A stretch of DNA of 57,273 nucleotides from an uncultured Parcubacteria group bacterium. GTDB lineage: Bacteria > Patescibacteriota > Minisyncoccia > Phycocordibacterales > UBA2100. Below, piece by piece: positions 53,160-57,273 of the stretch. The notes beneath the pieces were generated by a model that was not told the origin of the DNA, searched no databases, and was given only the letters and a program-made list of their open reading frames with translations. Each line of letters opens with the position of its first letter. The first letter of the stretch is position 1. The translations under genes and the position numbers were made by a program. The stretch spans positions 1 to 57,273 of the forward strand of contig CAMTYD010000031.1 in the NCBI GenBank assembly GCA_947085915.1, read 5' to 3'.

Positions 53160-54562
53160 CTTCGCGCAATTTCTGTGGAGAGTCCGATGTAATTTTCGGG
53201 CCGAAGGGTCTTGAGGCGGGTTTTTACTTCATCAGAAACGGTGAGACCGTCAATGAATCCGGCAAAATCTGTGAGTGTGACTTGTTTGCCACGGGTTAAG
53301 TCTTTCAATTTTTCATACGGCACTTCTACCCCTTCTTTCCGCAAGACGGTTTGTATTGCTTCAGCAAGCACTTCGGGATGTGCTTGGAGTGCTTCGAGCA
53401 TAGCTGCCTCGTTGACGCTAATCTTGGCCAAGCCACGTAGGAGTGAGCGGTAGCCTACGAGTGAATGCGCAAATGCTGTGCCGAAGGTGCGTATCACGGT
53501 GGAATCGGTCAGGTCACGCTGAAGGCGCGAAATGGGAAGCTTTTGCGAGAAGTGCGTGAAGAGTGCGTTCCCCACGCCGAAGTTCCCTTCTGCGTTCTCG
53601 AAATCTATCGGATTCACCTTGTGCGGCATAGCGGAGGAACCTATCTCCCCTTCTTTTGGTTTTTGTGTGAGCCAGCCGTCTGAAATGTAGCGCCACACAT
53701 CTTGCGAGAGGTCAGTGAGAATAACGTTGATGCGGCGCATGTTGTCGAACATTTCGGCAAAGGTGTCGTGCGGTTCTATTTGTGTTGTCACCTCATTGAG
53801 TTCGAGCGAAATAGTGTGCCCGGCATTGAGCCGCCCGATGAACTGCTTTGAAAAAGCACGCCAATCAATGTCGGGAAGTGCGACAGTATGCGCATTGTAG
53901 TTGCCCGTAGCTCCTGCGAATTTGACAAGGATGGAGCGGGCGCGAAGCTGCTCGAGCTGTCGCTTGAGACGGGACTCAAAGACCCTGACCTCTTTACCGT
54001 ATGTAGTCGGGCTTGCTGGCTGGCCGTGTGTGCGGGCGAGCATCGGCGTAGCAGCCTGCGCGGTTGCCGTCGCATCGAGGTTGGCCCGGATTTCTTCAAG
54101 AGCAGGTACAACGACTGCCTGAAGTGCTCCGCGCAATGCAACGCCCTGTGCGATGCTATTTACGTCTTCAGAGGTGAGCGCGAAGTGCGTCCACTCGGCG
54201 ACATCTTTGAGCGACGTCTGCGCGAGCTTCATTTTGATGAAATACTCGATGGCTTTCACGTCATGATTCGTTGCAGGGATTCCCTGGCCGGGCAGGCCTT
54301 CGTACCCCTCTTTCTCAATCTTCTTCATTATCTGGGCTTCTTCGACAGTAATCTGCGAAAGTTGTTTGAGAATAGCTCTTTCTTCAGTACTCAATTCCCG
54401 CATTCCTACCCCCGCTTCCGAGAGCGCAATAAGATATTCCGTCTCGACGAGTAATCGCGCGCGAATGAGGCCGAATTCGCTGAAGTGCTCGGTAAGTTCA
54501 GCCGCCACGGTGCGGTAGCGGCCGTCTACTGAGCTAATTGCGGTCAATGGTTCAAGCGGCAT
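53156..54562 (-). CDS. purB: Adenylosuccinate lyase
   Basis: GSSAMPHKVNP signature in a full-length fumarate-lyase fold. Confidence 0.95.
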   Translation of the reverse strand: MPLEPLTAISSVDGRYRTVAAELTEHFSEFGLIRARLLVETEYLIALSEAGVGMRELSTEERAILKQLSQITVEEAQIMKKIEKEGYEGLPGQGIPATNHDVKAIEYFIKMKLAQTSLKDVAEWTHFALTSEDVNSIAQGVALRGALQAVVVPALEEIRANLDATATAQAATPMLARTHGQPASPTTYGKEVRVFESRLKRQLEQLRARSILVKFAGATGNYNAHTVALPDIDWRAFSKQFIGRLNAGHTISLELNEVTTQIEPHDTFAEMFDNMRRINVILTDLSQDVWRYISDGWLTQKPKEGEIGSSAMPHKVNPIDFENAEGNFGVGNALFTHFSQKLPISRLQRDLTDSTVIRTFGTAFAHSLVGYRSLLRGLAKISVNEAAMLEALQAHPEVLAEAIQTVLRKEGVEVPYEKLKDLTRGKQVTLTDFAGFIDGLTVSDEVKTRLKTLRPENYIGLSTEIARS

Positions 54563-55490
54563 ATTCTTTTAGATTGCGCTCCATGCGCGGAATGACGGGT
54601 GTTTCTCCGGGCAAGAACTTCTCGCCGGTAATCTGCTCATACATCTGAATATAGCGGCGAGAGAGTTCTTCTACAAGCTCGCTCGGTGCGTCCGGAAGTG
54701 TTGCATCTTTGTACGGGTCGCAATTCTCCTTAAACCAGAGCCGCAAGAATTCTTTATCAAAGCTCTTCGGCTCTTCGCCTTTGGTCATACGCTCCTCGTA
54801 CCCTTCTACCTGCCAGTAGCGGGAAGAATCGGGTGTATGTATTTCATCAATGAGCACAAGTTCTCCCTGCTCATCCAAACCGAATTCATATTTGGTGTCG
54901 ACAAGAATAAGCCCTCGCTCTGCGGCAATCTCTTGTCCGCGTACAAAGAGCTTGATTGCCGTCGCTTTTACCTTTTCAAATAATTCTTGTGTGATAAGCC
55001 CTTCCTCCATCATTTGTGCCGGCGTGATGGCACGGTCATGGGTGTCTTCTTTGGTGGTCGGGTCAAATATCGGACTCGGGAGCTTTGTGTTCTTCTTCAG
55101 TCCGTCCGGAAGCGTAAGATCACCGAAGGTGCGTTCCCCGTTTTGGTAGCGGGTCCAGATGGAAGTGTCTGTGACGCCCGTGAGATATCCGCGCATCACC
55201 GCCTCTACCGGCACGAGCTGCATTTTCTTGCCGACAGTCACATTGGGGTCAGGCACCGCGAGTACGTGATTGGGCACAATGTCTTTTGTTTTCTCAAACC
55301 ACCACGCGCTTACCTGATTCAATACCTGCCCCTTCCACGGAATGTGCGCAATGATGCGGTCGAAGGAGGAGTGACGGTCTGTAGTAACCAAAATCAGCCT
55401 GTCCGGCTGAATGTATATATCGCGCACCTTACCTATCTTTTTCTCCCCCAGAGTTTTGAAGTCCGTTGCTTCTAGTACTTCATTTATCAT
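54552..55490 (-). CDS. purC: SAICAR synthetase (long form)
   Basis: GKVRDIY, LVDTKYEFG and DEIHTPDSSR motifs. Confidence 0.9.
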   Translation of the reverse strand: MINEVLEATDFKTLGEKKIGKVRDIYIQPDRLILVTTDRHSSFDRIIAHIPWKGQVLNQVSAWWFEKTKDIVPNHVLAVPDPNVTVGKKMQLVPVEAVMRGYLTGVTDTSIWTRYQNGERTFGDLTLPDGLKKNTKLPSPIFDPTTKEDTHDRAITPAQMMEEGLITQELFEKVKATAIKLFVRGQEIAAERGLILVDTKYEFGLDEQGELVLIDEIHTPDSSRYWQVEGYEERMTKGEEPKSFDKEFLRLWFKENCDPYKDATLPDAPSELVEELSRRYIQMYEQITGEKFLPGETPVIPRMERNLKEYAA

Positions 55491-55523
55491 ATGCCATTAT
55501 ACATTATATTAAGATATTGTCAA

Positions 55524-56564
55524 TCACGCCCAATTCAATTCCCCTCCGAAAACAACCTCTCCGCTCCCCTCTGAAATCACGCCTACTTCGTACGCTTCGA
55601 CGCCTTGCCCTTTGATATGAGCCATCGCTTCTTCTGCAAACTCTTTTCTCACAACTGCAGTCAAGCCAACTCCCATATTGAAGGTGCGGAGCATATCAGC
55701 GTCTTCCAGATTGCCGAATTTCTTCAGCGTTTGGAATAGCGGAAGGATACGGACGCGGGAGAGGTCGATGCGGGCGTTCAAATTCTTGGGAAGTATGCGG
55801 TTGAGATTTTCCTGCATACCGCCTCCCGTGATGTGCGCCAAGCCCGTGAGGCCGTCATTGGGGAACAAATCCTTAAGACATGCATAGTACGCACGATGCG
55901 GGGTAAGTACCGAATCAATAAAAGACTGACCTGCGACGGTTTCGTTCAAGATGTCCGGAGCAGTCTCCATGATTTTTCGAACGAGAGATACGCCATTGGT
56001 ATGCACACCGCTTGAAGCGAGCGCGATCACGACATCTCCTTTTTGTATCTTTGTTCCGTCGATAATCTTTTTTTTATCAACAACGCCGACGATGCTCGCC
56101 GTCAATATATAGGTCCCCTCGGGAATGACGCCCGGCTGCCAGGAAGTCTCTCCGCCGGTGAGTGCGCTCTCATTGTTCTTTGCGGCTTCCGCAAACGCAT
56201 TCACCATCCGCAGGACAACCGGTTTCTCGACTTTGCCGCACACGATGCAGTCTTGGATGGAGAGCGGCTTTGCTCCCATCACAATGCAATCGTTGACGAG
56301 GTGATTGATGAGATCGTGGCACACAGATTCGACTTTGTCGTACTTGAGAGCGAGCAGCTGTTTGGTGCCGGGCTCTTCGGTCTTCAAGACAAGCACGGGA
56401 TGCTCGTATTCAGGAAAAGCGCCGTCGTAGAGCGAGGCGAAGGCACCTATTTTATTGAGCACGCGCTTGTCGGTGGTCTCGAGTGCTGATGCCATCCCCG
56501 CCTTTGTCTCATTCTCGGTGTCTCTATTTACTCCCGAACTTCTGTAAGAAATCGGGTCGCTCAT
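55524..56564 (-). CDS. purM: AIR synthetase
   Basis: DLINHLVNDC, the SSGVHTNG motif and ITGGG motifs. Confidence 0.95.
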   Translation of the reverse strand: MSDPISYRSSGVNRDTENETKAGMASALETTDKRVLNKIGAFASLYDGAFPEYEHPVLVLKTEEPGTKQLLALKYDKVESVCHDLINHLVNDCIVMGAKPLSIQDCIVCGKVEKPVVLRMVNAFAEAAKNNESALTGGETSWQPGVIPEGTYILTASIVGVVDKKKIIDGTKIQKGDVVIALASSGVHTNGVSLVRKIMETAPDILNETVAGQSFIDSVLTPHRAYYACLKDLFPNDGLTGLAHITGGGMQENLNRILPKNLNARIDLSRVRILPLFQTLKKFGNLEDADMLRTFNMGVGLTAVVRKEFAEEAMAHIKGQGVEAYEVGVISEGSGEVVFGGELNWA

Positions 56565-57091
56565 ACAAGACCTTTGTCTTCGAGATATTTCTTAACGCCT
56601 TTCTCCTGCAACTCCGTATCCTTTGCGACGATATCTTTTGCCATCTTTTCTTTGTACGCAATCACCTTCGCCCGTATGTCCATATCCCCTACGCCGATGA
56701 TCTGTGCTGCGAGAATGCCCGCATTCTTTGCTCCATTGATGGCGACTGTCGCGACGGGAATCCCCGGCGGCATCTGGACGGTGGAGTAAAGCGAATCGAG
56801 TCCGCCCGTATTCATGGATTTACTCACCAGCGGTACGCCGATGACGGGAAGTGCTGTGTGCGCTGCAACGACTCCTCCGAGATGTGCGGCACCTCCTGCG
56901 CCACAGATGAAAGCCTTATATCCATCTGCCTCACTTTTCTGTACATACGCCATGACGGCCGCAGGAGTGCGGTGCGCAGAGAGCGTATGCACTTCTGAGC
57001 CGATGCCGAATTCTTCTAATACCTTCGCTGCCTCCTGCATGATTGGTAAATCTGAATCAGAACCCATAAGTATGCCGACAAGTGTTTTCAT
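56561..57091 (-). CDS. purE: PurE (N5-CAIR mutase / AIR carboxylase catalytic subunit)
   Basis: GILMGSDSDLP, SAHRTP and AGGAAHLGGVVAA motifs. Confidence 0.9.
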   Translation of the reverse strand: MKTLVGILMGSDSDLPIMQEAAKVLEEFGIGSEVHTLSAHRTPAAVMAYVQKSEADGYKAFICGAGGAAHLGGVVAAHTALPVIGVPLVSKSMNTGGLDSLYSTVQMPPGIPVATVAINGAKNAGILAAQIIGVGDMDIRAKVIAYKEKMAKDIVAKDTELQEKGVKKYLEDKGLV

Positions 57092-57099
57092 ATGGTTTA

Positions 57100-57273
57100 T
57101 TATACCTTCTTTATCGACGACGTAGAGCGAGGGAAATGTGAAGACTCTGTCTTCGCATTTCCGAGCCGAGGAGTCGAAGGGGCCTGCCCCTTTATAATAT
57201 TAATAAGACTGGTAAGCGTGTGAATGAGATGGTCCGGTTTCGCCTCCTTGAGACGCCGTTCTGAGTAGTATCC
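57100..57273 (-). CDS. 3' end of an unidentified gene running off the window
   Basis: Open frame from the window edge to TAA at 57102-57100, 8 nt upstream of the purE start. No family recognised. Confidence 0.3.
   Translation of the reverse strand, partial: GYYSERRLKEAKPDHLIHTLTSLINIIKGQAPSTPRLGNAKTESSHFPRSTSSIKKV

Overview
Gene-dense 57.3-kb bacterial fragment. Gene content suggests a small-genome Patescibacteria/CPR-like (Parcubacteria-type) organism. This is an inference from a short ProRS without an insertion domain, a HolB-like protein with no recognisable Walker A, many secreted proteins with PG-binding or FN3-like domains, and short translationally coupled operons. Left third, mostly minus strand: glpX (3' end degraded at the contig edge), greA, the rod-shape cluster pbp2-mreD-mreC-mreB, proS, rseP, frr, holB-like, a second mreB paralog, a GIY-YIG nuclease, def-fmt, hpf and cspA. 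Middle: a surface and envelope block. It holds a ~1070-aa beta-helix protein with three tandem ~135-aa domains, a Gly-rich anchored protein, an FN3-like repeat protein, a GH10 xylanase, a protein joining an RnfD/NqrB-like membrane domain to FG-GAP/ASPIC repeats, and a DUF3494 ice-binding-like protein fused to a PG-binding domain. Right part: a complete-looking mevalonate pathway locus (mvk, mvd, hmgR, hmgS, archaeal-type thiolase, idi, divergent uppS), two OmpR-type regulators, a histidine kinase, an ABC-2 exporter and a purE-purM-purC-purB operon. Most notable observations: (1) inside the mevalonate operon a DUF35-type OB fold is fused in frame to a guanylate-kinase-like P-loop kinase, while no canonical second kinase (GHMP phosphomevalonate kinase or isopentenyl phosphate kinase) is present in the locus; (2) a tRNA-Asn(GUU) gene is interrupted in the anticodon loop by a 227-nt group I intron; (3) a hairpin-dense noncoding region next to it carries tRNA-Asn-derived segments; (4) a 16-nt motif TATCTCACGGGGTATA recurs in promoter spacers; (5) a 58-nt two-hairpin element occurs twice with a compensatory base-pair change; (6) a ~380-nt promoter-to-terminator noncoding unit lies between proS and rseP. 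No CRISPR array, rRNA, transposase or integrase was seen.
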